Shown here piece by piece: positions 11,350 to 22,384 of a stretch of DNA of 64,000 nucleotides. The notes under the pieces were generated by a model. The model searched no databases. It saw only the letters and a list, made by a program, of their open reading frames with translations, and was not told where the DNA came from. The position numbers and the translations under genes were made by a program. The stretch is taken from contig OZ004611.1 in NCBI GenBank assembly GCA_963924565.1, positions 29,760,001 through 29,824,000 on the forward strand. The letters run 5' to 3'. The stretch's first letter is position 1; the number at the start of each line of letters is the position of its first letter. The stretch comes from Ascidiella aspersa (taxonomy: Eukaryota).

Positions 11350-11600
11350 CACCGGCCGGACAAGACCTGGAGGCTCTATTAGCCTAAAGGCCGCAAAAGC
11401 CAGGTGCAGGCAACAACAACAGACTCCAATTGGCTCAGACCAGACAAGGCTCTATTAGCCAAAGGCCGCAAATCCAGTGTAGGCAACAGTAACAGACTTT
11501 AATATGCACCGGTCAGACAACACCCAAGGCTCTATAAGCCAAAGGCCACGAAAACCGGGCAAACAACAACAGACAGTAAGACCAAGACCAGCCGGTGCAC
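11350..11600. repeat. Three ~76-80 bp diverged tandem units
   Basis: GGCTCTATWAGCC(T)AAAGGCC...GGCAACAACAACAGAC-like units at 11372, 11448 and 11528. Confidence 0.8.
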
Positions 11601-12169
11601 AAACAAGGCAACAGGAGCAAGTCAGACCAGGGTTACTTGAAATGACCAGCCACTAAAAAACAGACTTGGGCTGAAATTTAACCAGGCCAAAACTAGCTGA
11701 GGCAAAAACCAGACCAAGGCAGACTTGAGGAAGTAAACTAAGTGAAACAGAAGCTAACTTGAACGGACCACAAACGAAACAAACTGAGGACTTGAACCGA
11801 AACAACGGAAGCTGACTTGTTGCGAACCACTAATGAAAAGCAGATTCTGAGTGAACAAGATGCCCAAAAACTATGTTATCGCTTGTTGCAAAACAACGTG
11901 GTCACAGCTTTAAAGATTGGGGTTAGTCAGGAAGAGGTACAACTCTCAGACTTACCCAAGACTTGCTGGTTGGCCGTGGAAAGATTTGGCAAGCGAAAAC
12001 GTATTTTGCCGTCTCTCGAAAATAGTGCATTTGGAAGCGATTTTCGACAAAACGACACGACGAATTACAATTGGGAAAGAATTGAAAAGAGAATTTGGCC
12101 GTCGGACTCTCGTTTTAGCTGGCCTTTGATTTCTGGCCAGGAGTTATTGAAATTTCTAAGTTGATTTTA

Positions 12170-13596
12170 TATTATGCTTGAATTAAGGTAGTCAGTCCAA
12201 AATTTGTTTTGAAAGAGTTTTTTTGGTCTTAATGTGCTAAAGAGAGATTGTTTAATTTGTTTTGTCTTGAAGCCTAGTTGATATATATAAACCAGACGTG
12301 GAAGAATTGGTTCGGATTTTCGATGTTTTTAATATATTTAATTCTTTCGAGATTTGCGGCGATGATTTTGGTAGAGATCTGGGACATAGACATGTTTAGT
12401 TTGGTTCGTTTTATGGTTTCGAAGTATTCTGGGTACCAAAGGAAGTTGTATATAATTTTATTAAGTTTTTTGATGGTAAAATTACTGGGAATAGATTGAC
12501 GTGCGATTTGAATAATTTTACCTATAATGTTTGCGTTAATTAGGTGAATTTTTCCTAACATGGTTAAATACGGATTATCAAATTTATTTTTAATGGCCTG
12601 AATTTTCTTTTCAACGTAATTCCAGTTATGGTATTCTGTTTGGTTCGATTCGTTGTAAAAGATTCCTAATATTTTGACTGTTTTTTTGATATATTCTGGG
12701 TAGATAGGGGCTATTTCTTGTTTTAGTCCGTTGTGTGTAATTAAAATTTCTGTTTTTGATATGTTTATGGTTTGGCCATTTGATAGGAAAAACGAGTTAT
12801 CGTCGGCATACTGCTGTAGACGGATGTTTATATTGTTAAAGGTAATGCCTCTAAGTTTTTTTGTATTTTTTATTTTCCTCGACAGAGTTTCCCCAATGAG
12901 GACGAATAAAAGCATGCTCAAGGAGCAGCAGCCCTGCTGGACTCCTCGCTTGATGTGGATTGCGGAGGTATGTGTACCCATTTTATAATTGATTTCGGGA
13001 CGTGCATTTTTTCTAATATTTTAAACATTAATTTATGATCAACCATGTCAAAGGCTTTTTGGAAGTCTGTTAGAATTATCGCAAGTGGTGTGTTTTTTTC
13101 TTTACTGTATTCGATGACAGAATTAATGTTATAGTGAAATCATTTGGCGTTGTGGGAGGCCGCATTTTTGAGTTAACGAAATTTCATTTTCTAGTAATTT
13201 GGTTAGTCGAGATGTTACGATTTTACTTAATATTTTATAATCTGTGTTCAATAGGGAAATCGGTCGCCAATTTTTTGAATATATGTGTTGTCGCATTTTT
13301 TTGGGATAAGTTTGGTAATTGCTAGTCGTCGCATTGAGGGGGTCATTTGGTTTTGAAAGTATATGTTGTTTAGTAGCTCGTGTAGGGGATGTTTTATTGT
13401 GTGCCAGAAAGTTAGGTAAAATTCTACAGGTAAGCCGTCTGATCCAGGTGATGAGCAGAGGTTCATAGATTCTATGACAGTTTTGAGGTTGTGTTGGTCA
13501 GGGTTTATGTCAATTTTATCAATATATTTTAAAAGTTTTTCTTGTTTTGATTCATTGATTATGTTGGGTTGTCCCCACAGATTGTTGTAGAAGTTT
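12170..13596 (-). mobile_element. L1/Tx1-clade LINE ORF2, RT part (degraded)
   Basis: NFYNNLW, SPGSDGLPVEFYLTFW, TDFQKAFDMV, RGVQQG..LSMLLF, QYADD, KILGI. Confidence 0.9.
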
Positions 13597-13605
13597 CGCA
13601 CGCGC

Positions 13606-16600
13606 TTGATTTGCTCGATCGGCAATGAGGCTGTTCTCAAGGCACTTTTCAAAATTAAGGCTGATGAGCTCAGTTTTGCGCGAGCCATCGAAGTTTCCAT
13701 TCAAACGGAGGATGCTGCTAAAGTTGCGAAGGAAACTGTATATGGAAACCGAGGCTCTGTTCAAAAGGTACGCGAAGCAGCGAAGCCAAGTCCGTCTCCG
13801 TATACTAAAGTTTCAAAGGACGCCGCAAGTTATGCTTCGAGGGACAGTAAAGCCAAGACGAACATGTGTTGCTATCGCTGTGGCAAGTCTGGACATTTTG
13901 CTTCCACATGTCGTCACCGAAGTTCAACTTGCAAGTTTTGCAGACGTATCGGTCATTTGGAAGTAGCTTGTCGAAAGAAACTGGCGTCAACAAAACCTTT
14001 AAGCATGGTTCATACGGTGAAGCCTATTTCAAGCATTGGGAGGTCAACTCCGAAGCTGGACGTCAATATTTACGTTTTAGACAAGATTTGTTGCTTGGAG
14101 CTTGATACTGCTACTACCGGAAACTTCTTATCTGTTGATACATGGAAGCGAATTGGCAGTCCATCGCTGGAGACGCCTACTTACCGTTTCAATTCGGCGA
14201 CAGAACATTCAGTGCCACTAATCGGTATTTTTCAGGCAGAAGCAGCATATGACGAAACCAAGTGTACGCTAGAGTTCCACGTATCTAAGATACCGAACCT
14301 TGATTTACTTGGGAGAAATGCTATTCAGTCTCTAAAAATATCAGTGGACAAATTGATATTTACCGATGTTGTTCCCGTACGTGCTTTATCTGTCGATACT
14401 CCACCTGATATTCAGTTACAAACGGATTGCCGGAAACTTTGCAGTCAATTTCCGGACCTGTTCAAAGAAGAGTTAGGTTGTCTAAAGGACTTTGAATTAG
14501 AGGTACAATTCAAATCCGCGACGAAGCCGGTGTTTTGTAAAGCTCGCTCAGTTCCGTTTGCTCTTCAGCAAGACGTGGGACAAGCATATGATGTTGGCAT
14601 CACTAAAGGAATCTGGACTCCAGCGAAGTTCAACGACTGGGGTACGCCTGTGGTACCCATACGCAAAACTCCGCTTCCAGGGAAATCCAAAGGTCGATTG
14701 CGCGTGTGTGGTGACTATTCCGTGACGGTAAACCCGCAACTGGCCACGCACCGCCACCCTTTGCCGCTTCCAGAAGATTTGTTACGCAAGTTGCAAGGTG
14801 GATATGGCTTCACGAAAATCGACTTGGCTGATGCCTACAATCAGATACGTCTCGGACCAGAAAGCCGAAAAAGGTTGGCTCTTAGCACACATCGTGGAGT
14901 TCTTCTGCAAAATGTTTTACCTTTCGGTATACACTCCGCTCCAGGGTATTTTCAGGAAATAATGGATGACCTTACAAAAGACCTTCCAGGAGTTGCTGTC
15001 TACTTGGATGATCTTTTAGTCAGTGGTTCGTGTGCAGAGGAACATCTTCGTAATCTTCGTCAAGTTTTCCAACGGTTGCATGACAAAGGACTTCGCTGCC
15101 GATTGGAGAAATGTGTGTTCGCGCAACCCAAAGTGGAATACTTAGGGCATACACTGTTTAAAAGTGGAATTGCAAAAGGTTCCAAGCTTGATGCGGTATT
15201 GAATATGTCACCTCCGAAGAATGCAACAACTCTACGTTCATTCTTGGGGTCCGTTCAATTTTATGGAAAGTTTCTGCCGACCAACTTTGCCGAAGTGGCA
15301 GAACCTTTATATCAACTTACCCGGTCTAACATTTCGTGGAAATGGGGAGCGGTTCAACAAAAATCTTTCGATCAGTTAAAAGCATGGCTTTCGGAAGATA
15401 ATGTTTTAACTCACTTCAATTCATCGCTTCCGATCGGAATTGCATGTGATGCTTCAAGTGTTGGAATTGGCGCTGTTTTATTTCACCGTTATCCTGACGG
15501 TACTGAAAGGCCGATATCTAATGCTTCAAAGACGCTTTCAACCAGTCAGCGCAACTATAGTCAAATACAAAAGGAAGCTCTTTCTATTATTTTCGCGCTG
15601 AAAAAGTTTTACCAGTACTTGTTCGGGAGGAAATTTATTCTTGTCACCGACCACAAACCGTTACTGGCACTATTCGGGCCAAGCAAGCCTACTCCGGCAC
15701 TTGCGGCAAATCGACTCGCAAGATGGGCACTTTTTCTCAGTCAATTTAACTATGACATTGAGTATAGAAAGACGTCAGAACACGGCAATGCTGACGCACT
15801 TAGTCGTTTACCTGGAGGTAAAGATGAGGAGTTCGACGGAGAGGAGAGTGTAGATGACGTGGACACCGTTTGCTCCATCACTACATTAAGCTTACAAGTG
15901 AAGCCCGCCGATAGCGCCACCCTCCAGAAGGAAACCAAAGTGGATTCTGTCTTATCGCGTGTTGTGCGATTTACAAGGGAAGGCTGGCCACCTAAATGCA
16001 ATCAAAGTGCTGATGATGACGCGGAGAAGTTTCGGAAAATATCCGATTCGTTAAGTACTTGCCATGGATGTTTGCTCTATGGATCGCGAATTGTAATTCC
16101 GCTCAGACTTCGACCCCAAGTCTTGCAGCTATTGCACCAGGGACATTTCGGTGTTCAGCGCATGAAGCAACTGGCACGAACCGCCGTATACTGGCCAAAT
16201 ATTGATGCAGAGATATTGTCATTGTGTCAGCGTTGTACTACTTGTGCACAGCATCAGAACGCACCAACCAAAGCAGTCATTCATCCGTGGATGATGCCAG
16301 AGAAGCCGTGGAGCAGAATTCACATTGATCATGCAGTGAATTTTATGGGCTACAATTGGCTGGTGGTAATCGACGCATACTCTAAGTATCCGTGCATTCA
16401 CCGAACGCAATCCATGTCAACCAAAACTACTATGGAATTTCTAGAACAGGATTTTGCGCATTTCGGGTACCCGCACACTATTGTCTCGGATAATGCTCAA
16501 GCATTTCTTTCGGCAGAATTTCAAGAGTTCTGCAAACAAAGGGGAATTATACATTTAACAGGTGCTCCTTATCACCCTGCTACAAACGGTGCTGCCGAGA

Positions 16601-17223
16601 GGCTTGTGCAGACTTTCAAGAAAGCTCTCCGTAAGTCATCGAAGTCTCCCCACGAAGCGCTATTGGAGTTCTTAATTCAGTACCGACGTACACCTGACAG
16701 CAACGGTTTCTCTCCGAGTGAGTTGTTAAACGGACGTCAAATTCGTGCTCGGATCGACACCTTGTTTCCCACGCCAGCTCACGTAAAGCAACGCGAGCAG
16801 ATGAAATGTGCATCGAAAGATTATCCTCGAAGGGAAATCATTCACAAACTACGACACTCGTTTAAAGTTGGCGATCCCTGTTATGCGTTATACTTTGGTC
16901 CAAAGCGAGACAAAGATGGACGTTGGGTCCCAGCTATTATAACCAAACGACATGGCAGTCGAAGTGTAAATGTCAAGGTGATTCCCCGTGGTCCGATATG
17001 GAGGCGCCATATCGACCAACTTCAATTTCGCTACACCAGCGACGAGGACGCTGATCCAGGAGAAAATAACTTTCCGGCTCCTCGACCCTCAACGAATTCT
17101 ACGCGGCCAACCTTGGTTCTGCCAAATCCCAATTTGGCCACAGCCAATCAAGATGAGTACGGACCTCACAATCCACGACGCTCGAAACGCCCACGTAAGC
17201 CTCGACAGCTATATTGCTGTTAA
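13606..17223 (+). CDS. Ty3/Gypsy (Mag/K02A2.6-like) gag-pol polyprotein, open but 5'-truncated
   Basis: Two CCHC knuckles, protease LDTAT, RT YLDD, RNase H CDAS/TDHKPL, integrase HHCC + D(HID)-D(SDN)-E(AER); order PR-RT-RH-IN; 1205 aa without a stop. Confidence 0.95.
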   Translation: MICSIGNEAVLKALFKIKADELSFARAIEVSIQTEDAAKVAKETVYGNRGSVQKVREAAKPSPSPYTKVSKDAASYASRDSKAKTNMCCYRCGKSGHFASTCRHRSSTCKFCRRIGHLEVACRKKLASTKPLSMVHTVKPISSIGRSTPKLDVNIYVLDKICCLELDTATTGNFLSVDTWKRIGSPSLETPTYRFNSATEHSVPLIGIFQAEAAYDETKCTLEFHVSKIPNLDLLGRNAIQSLKISVDKLIFTDVVPVRALSVDTPPDIQLQTDCRKLCSQFPDLFKEELGCLKDFELEVQFKSATKPVFCKARSVPFALQQDVGQAYDVGITKGIWTPAKFNDWGTPVVPIRKTPLPGKSKGRLRVCGDYSVTVNPQLATHRHPLPLPEDLLRKLQGGYGFTKIDLADAYNQIRLGPESRKRLALSTHRGVLLQNVLPFGIHSAPGYFQEIMDDLTKDLPGVAVYLDDLLVSGSCAEEHLRNLRQVFQRLHDKGLRCRLEKCVFAQPKVEYLGHTLFKSGIAKGSKLDAVLNMSPPKNATTLRSFLGSVQFYGKFLPTNFAEVAEPLYQLTRSNISWKWGAVQQKSFDQLKAWLSEDNVLTHFNSSLPIGIACDASSVGIGAVLFHRYPDGTERPISNASKTLSTSQRNYSQIQKEALSIIFALKKFYQYLFGRKFILVTDHKPLLALFGPSKPTPALAANRLARWALFLSQFNYDIEYRKTSEHGNADALSRLPGGKDEEFDGEESVDDVDTVCSITTLSLQVKPADSATLQKETKVDSVLSRVVRFTREGWPPKCNQSADDDAEKFRKISDSLSTCHGCLLYGSRIVIPLRLRPQVLQLLHQGHFGVQRMKQLARTAVYWPNIDAEILSLCQRCTTCAQHQNAPTKAVIHPWMMPEKPWSRIHIDHAVNFMGYNWLVVIDAYSKYPCIHRTQSMSTKTTMEFLEQDFAHFGYPHTIVSDNAQAFLSAEFQEFCKQRGIIHLTGAPYHPATNGAAERLVQTFKKALRKSSKSPHEALLEFLIQYRRTPDSNGFSPSELLNGRQIRARIDTLFPTPAHVKQREQMKCASKDYPRREIIHKLRHSFKVGDPCYALYFGPKRDKDGRWVPAIITKRHGSRSVNVKVIPRGPIWRRHIDQLQFRYTSDEDADPGENNFPAPRPSTNSTRPTLVLPNPNLATANQDEYGPHNPRRSKRPRKPRQLYCC

Positions 17224-17248
17224 CGAGGCGTTTCTTTCAAAGGGGAGG

Positions 17249-17496
17249 TGTCATGGAATGTTTACGTGGTTCTCCTGAGAGAGGTTGCCCGCGGCCCCTG
17301 AGCCGCGTGCTCTAGTCACGTGTTTTGTAATCATTGCTTGTGTTGTACGTTAATTGTATCGCAATGTAAATTACGCGACTACTCGCCTATAAATGCTCGT
17401 GCCCTTCTTGTGTTATAGCCATTCGAATTAAACCAGTTACTTACTTGGACTCTGTTTACTATTCTTGCAAGGCAAACAAAGGTTAGAAACACAACA
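17249..17496 (+). mobile_element. 3' LTR of the Gypsy element, with PPT at 17239-17248
   Basis: AAAGGGGAGG then TGTCATG...ACAACA; TATAAA inside. Confidence 0.75.
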
Positions 17497-17535
17497 GATA
17501 TACTTTGGAGCATAATGGTTGGAGGTTGTAGTAAG

Positions 17536-17701
17536 ACGTAATAAGAATATCAAAGCCCATACAGAAGTAGGTATCATTTTGGACGTTTCGAATAACTCTT
17601 TATTCATTTTCAACATCAAGATGTTGAAAATGAATAAAGAGTTATTCGAAACGTCCAAAATGATACCTACTTCTGTATGGGCTTTGATATTCTTATTACG
17701 T
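17536..17701. repeat. Perfect palindrome, 82-bp arms, 2-nt loop
   Basis: 17536-17617 is the exact reverse complement of 17620-17701. Confidence 0.95.
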
Positions 17702-17759
17702 ACAACAGATATAGTTTTCGTTTTTTTCTTGAAACCCGTCATATCATTTTTTTCTCAAA

Positions 17760-19345
17760 AATTTCATGCTATTAAGGTATTTGAATTATGTTTATTTTCC
17801 ATTTTGTAAAAATTTTTATCCGGGGTTTCGTAATCTAGGTTTTCTTTGATTTTTGCCTGTATTTTCGCTCATAATAGTTTTTCGATTATCTCTAAATATT
17901 CTCTATGTTGACGTCTAAGGTATTTGGATCTATATTTTGCGTTAGCTGTTCTAGTTGTGTGTGTAATTGTTTTTCATGTGCTCGGTTTTCGTTATTTAAT
18001 TTTTGACTAAATTTTATTGAGTCCCATTTAATTTTTGATTTTAGAGTTTCCCATTTGAATAATATATTTTTTAATTGTTTAGAAAATTGGCGTTCCACTG
18101 TTGTATTGTATTTTTAATGCGCAGTTTGTAATTTTGTTGTTTTAGTAATTAGGTATTTAGCTTCCAAGTTCCTTTTCCCCATCGTGCTTCGTTATCTATT
18201 TTTAATTGAATGTATGGAGCTTGTTGGTGATCAGAAAAGGTTATTGTGTGATGTCCGTGTTTTATTAGAGCTGGTTTAAAACTGTTGGAGATATATATGC
18301 GGTCGAGGCGAGATGCTGCATTACTCCGTATGTATGTAAACAGTTTTTTCGTGGGCTCGAAATAGCGATATGAATCGATTAAATTATGTCGTTTTTTGAT
18401 ATAATCTAATTCAATTTTATCTGTTTGAGATCGGACAGTTCGGAGGCTGGAGAAATCAAAATCAGAATCTGGGAAATTAAAGTCGCCGAGAATTGTGTTA
18501 GATGTTATATAAGTATTTATTGCTTTTAATTGTTCGACGTGAAATTGGTTGCCAAGTGCCCCTGATTGTAAGTAGAGGTTTATAATTATTATTATATTGT
18601 TTTCCTCATTTTTGTCGATTAATGTGATATAGCTTGTATACGATTATCTATCATAATATTATGTTTTACAGTATATTTATCGCAGAGTTTTCGATTTATT
18701 AGACATAACAGGCCAGATCTTTCATATGTACCGCTTGTGTATGGTCCGCGATATAGTTTATGCGCTTTAATAAATTATTTAATTTGGGTTTATTTATTTT
18801 GTGGGTTTCTTGGACGACAATTATAGAAGGGTGGTTTTTACAAATGTAATGTTCTAAATTGAGGAATTTTTTTTCAATACCATTAATGTTTAAGCTGTGA
18901 AGCGAGAAGGTCATTTCAAATTATAAGGAAATTTAGAAACAAAGAAAGAAGATGTTGTGAATAATTGGGGTCAAAATCTAAGAAGAAAACGATTAAGAAT
19001 TTTAGTCTATGTCTGATAATCTAGAGAAACTCTTTTTCTTATTCGCAGGAGTAGGGCTCCGGTTTGGTGGTGGTGTGTGAGATTGATTTGATGAAGAAGG
19101 AGATGTGCTTTTTCTATCTGTGGCTGATGTTTTGGATGGACGAGGTGGACTTTGTGAGATTGATTGCCGGCATATTTTCAAAAGCTTCTAGTAGATTAAT
19201 GGTCCCTATAAAGCGAAGCGCAAAAGTTCAACAGCCCAGGTCTAGTTACTGTTGACAACACAGACAAAAATAATCTGCAAAAGATTGCAAGAAGGGAGCT
19301 GCACTATATACAACTGACAAAGCTGCACTCGCACCTGTTGAGCAC
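17760..19345 (-). mobile_element. L1/Tx1-clade LINE 5' part (5' UTR, ORF1 remnant, APE endonuclease)
   Basis: MTFSLHSLNINGI..QETH at 18914, ILGDFN, SRLDRIYIS, FSDHQ, WGKGTWKLN, ETPDKNFYKMEN. Continues into 12170-13596. Confidence 0.85.
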
Positions 19346-19396
19346 GGGCTCAATCACCTGTAGTGACCTGGTTAAAGACCCCCGTCAGGTAAGTAT
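19346..19396 (-). ncRNA. U1: U1 snRNA 5' fragment (nt 1 to ~50)
   Basis: Reverse complement ATACTTACCTGACGGGGGTCTTTAACCAGGTCACTACAGGTGATTGAGCCC gives the U1 5' end plus an SL I-like stem. It lies ~170 bp downstream of a U2 fragment. Confidence 0.65.
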
Positions 19397-19566
19397 GAGT
19401 TGTGACGATTTTTCCCGAGGCCCTACTCGACTACTCGCCCGTACTCTTTATGGATAGCTACCCCATAAGCCCCCCGCATCAACTTCTAGCAACAAAATTT
19501 GTCATTTTTGGCCGATCGGTCACCATTTTTCTTATCAATTTTATGTTTTGCTTCTTTTTTTCAAAA

Positions 19567-19678
19567 CCGTGAGCAGGGCGAAGCAAGCTTCGGCACCGTG
19601 CTCCCTGTCCAAAAATCAGGTTAATACAAAGAGCAAGCGAATCGCTTGCGTCCCAGGTATTAAACTGAGAAGAACAGA
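19567..19678 (-). ncRNA. U2: U2 snRNA gene fragment (nt 39 to ~150)
   Basis: TCTGTTCTTCTCAGTTTAATACCTG...GATTTTTGG...; near-identical to 2236-2347. Confidence 0.9.
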
Positions 19679-21300
19679 CTTTTGACTGTACACCGGTTTA
19701 TTAGCAACACGTTAATTACGCAGCGAAAATACGATAAACGAAAAATACGCATACGCAAAAAAACGATAATAAACAGGCTTCGCCGGCAGGAATACTGTGC
19801 GTTGCACGCGCGGCCTCCGTCGCCGTGAGAGCTGACGGGTGATAAATTGTGGCTTGGTGTTTGGGGTAAGGGCGCTTAGGGGGCCCACTGAATAAACTGT
19901 AAATGAAAACTGGTTAATATGTGATGGAATTGAATGCTGCAGAATTAACTAAGTGGGAAAAATGGGATGATGGGGCCATGCCGATGTTCGGGCTTACAAG
20001 GGATTGATTGTCGCAGGGAGGCAGGGGTATTTGCGCAGACTGGCTCGGTTATGTGACAATGGTATATTTAAATAAAGTGTGTTTCCTATTGTGAGGTGGC
20101 AAAAAAAAAGTGGGTGCGTGTAAAAAGTGGCGGAAGGGGTGGGTGGATTTAACTTTACGATAGGACAGCAAAATGTTAGAGGATACAATAAGTGCGTTTT
20201 ATAAAAAATTAAAAATTTGTAAGTGCAATTAAAATGGAATAAAAACTTTACAGATGGCATTAAGTGCACATCGCGTTAAAAAATTAATTATAATGGTGAG
20301 TGGGGGTGAGGCAAAAAATACGATAATAAACGATAAACCGCGGCAGAGCTAAGTGCAATAAAAACATTATAAACTTTGGTAAAAGATACGTAGCGCGGGT
20401 GTGGTGACGAATCCGGGTGCGAATTTAAAATAGGCCGTATAGTCCATGGCACCGGCTGTAAAAGTCCGGCCAGCCGGCCTCCTAATGGTGCGGAACTGAT
20501 GGGCTGGGGACCGAAGAGCATCATCTTGTGGAACCCGGGGCCGGCGTGGGTTAAATTTGAAGTACTCCGCGCGGCCTCCGCCCCTGTCGCCGTTGTACTT
20601 GAAGTAGTTGACGTGTTGTCGGAGCGGAGATGTTGAAGTGGTGAGCCGGGGACATGGTTCGTGACATGCTGTCAGATGAGGAGTTGATGCTTTTGGTCCC
20701 CGTTGATTCGTGAACGTGGGTTGGTGAGGGCGGCGGGCGAGATGAGACCGGGGTAGAAGGGATGAAGGATGAATGTTGGTGAGTGCTGATGAACATGACC
20801 GAGGAGATGATATTCGCCGCCATGTTATAATCCGGATTTTGGGTGTAGTGCCAGTCTGCGCTTAGTAACGATGTTAAGGTTTTGGGATCTCCCTGCACCA
20901 AGATTGCCACACGTGGTGGCTGCCCTTGATGACCAGAGCGCAACAGGCTCTGGCCACCTCCGACATGCGACGACCCGTAATGCCAAGGGCGCTAAAGGTC
21001 GAATTGTTGCCCTGGGCGTAACTACCCAGGGAGCCGATAATAAAGGTGTCGCCGCCGCCCCGGCCAGAGCATCTTGGCCGTTTTCGAACGGGCACACAAG
21101 TCCACACCTATCGGCGCTCTCGAGGATTAAGTCCGGCCGAAGGTTCTCGCCCGTGGCGGCAGCGTGCTCCGAGCAAATACTTTCGCAAGAAACCTTGGTG
21201 AAAGTCCCCTGAGGTTATATCTGCTTCAACACTTTCTCCCCTGCACCGAATCGTGACGTGCCAGGATCTGTGGCATCACAGGCTGGCAGTGACTGATCGG
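19679..21300 (-). mobile_element. Utopia-like RLE retrotransposon 3' part, copy 3; 3' end abuts U2 nt 39
   Basis: SHCQPVMPQILARHDS, ENLRPDLILESADR, CPFENGQDAL, FIIGSLGSY. Ends AATAAA-CCGGTGTACAGTC-AAAAG|TCTGTTCTT. Confidence 0.8.
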
Positions 21301-21774
21301 GATGACTGGCCCACACCTCCCTCCAACGCTTTGATAGTACTACACTCCCCGCCGTGGACCGTAATGCTTAAAGTTAAGAGGTAAAAGGATATAATATAAC
21401 AGACGGTTCAGTGTGACGGCGTGAAACCTTCGTCACGAAAAAAGTATTATAACAAAAGCGGCGGCGATTTGGTTAGGGTTTAGATTTAGAATAACAGACG
21501 TAGGATAGGAACTAGTTGAGCGAAGATTCAACACCGCCGGTGGAGAATGACAGAGGGGCTGTTTAATTCGGACGTTAGCGAAGTAAGAACAGAAACTAAG
21601 GCTACGCAGTGTGATCCAACCGGCGGTAAGTTATTAATGAATGGCTAACAACGAGGATAAAATATGGGGGGGGGGAGTTTTATAAAGTGGCGATAGTTTA
21701 CAGGTTAAGAAAGAATTAATATAAAAAGGAACGAAGATACGCTGTGTGTAGTTTTACTTAGGATGAGTTAATAA

Positions 21775-22075
21775 AAAACGGAAATTAAAAGGGTTTTTAA
21801 GAGTGTCCACAAGGGAGCAATAAATTTTACAACAGGTTTGAATTTAGAATATAGTACAGGTTGGGGGCGATGGACGGTAGGTTAGACGAGAATTGTTGGA
21901 GGAACGGCGCGATACGTTATAATTAGTTTTGGTTAGGAGGTGGAAACGGAGATTAAGGGGATTTTAAGAGTGTCAACAGGGGAGCAATAATTTACAACAA
22001 GTTTGAGATTTAAAATATAGTTCGACGGTTTGAGAATGAGTGGTAGGTTAGACGGGAATTGTTAGGGGAACGGTG
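21775..22075. repeat. Diverged direct duplication (~167-bp spacing)
   Basis: AAACGGA..ATTAA..GGG.TTTTAAGAGTGTC..GGGAGCAATAA..GGTAGGTTAGACG.GAATTGTT occurs twice. Confidence 0.7.
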
Positions 22076-22099
22076 GTAATTTACGGTTAGCTTCTTCCG

Positions 22100-22378
22100 C
22101 CACGCGGCTGACTGACGACCCTCCCCCGGACTCTTCATCGTGAATAAGCCATGACGGTGTGGGCAGTTTGGGTAATCCCCGACTTGCCACAGGCCCATTT
22201 GCGGTCTCTGAAGTTCTTGCCGGTCTCTTCCACGCCGTTCGTATTCATTTTGGTATAGTATTATTAGGTCTTCAACTAACCTATTAGTTCTACAGGTTTT
22301 CTGAAACACAGTATCAAGCGGGTTAGGTTTGATATAGTTAGCTGCTATATTTCTGATAACTTCAATACTCGGGTACAT
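22100..22378 (-). pseudogene. ORF-X start (ATG 22378) and Rep 5' fragment C (ATG 22248)
   Basis: MYPSIE..PNPLDTVFQKTCRTNRLVEDLIILYQNE; Rep frame MNTNGVEETGKNFRDRKWA and NCPHRHGLFTMKS. Confidence 0.8.
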
Positions 22379-22384
22379 TTTCTC

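Noticed and set aside
12170-19345. Tx1 element as U2-targeting Keno
   Set aside because: No U2 sequence at either visible end; the 5' neighbour is U1-like.
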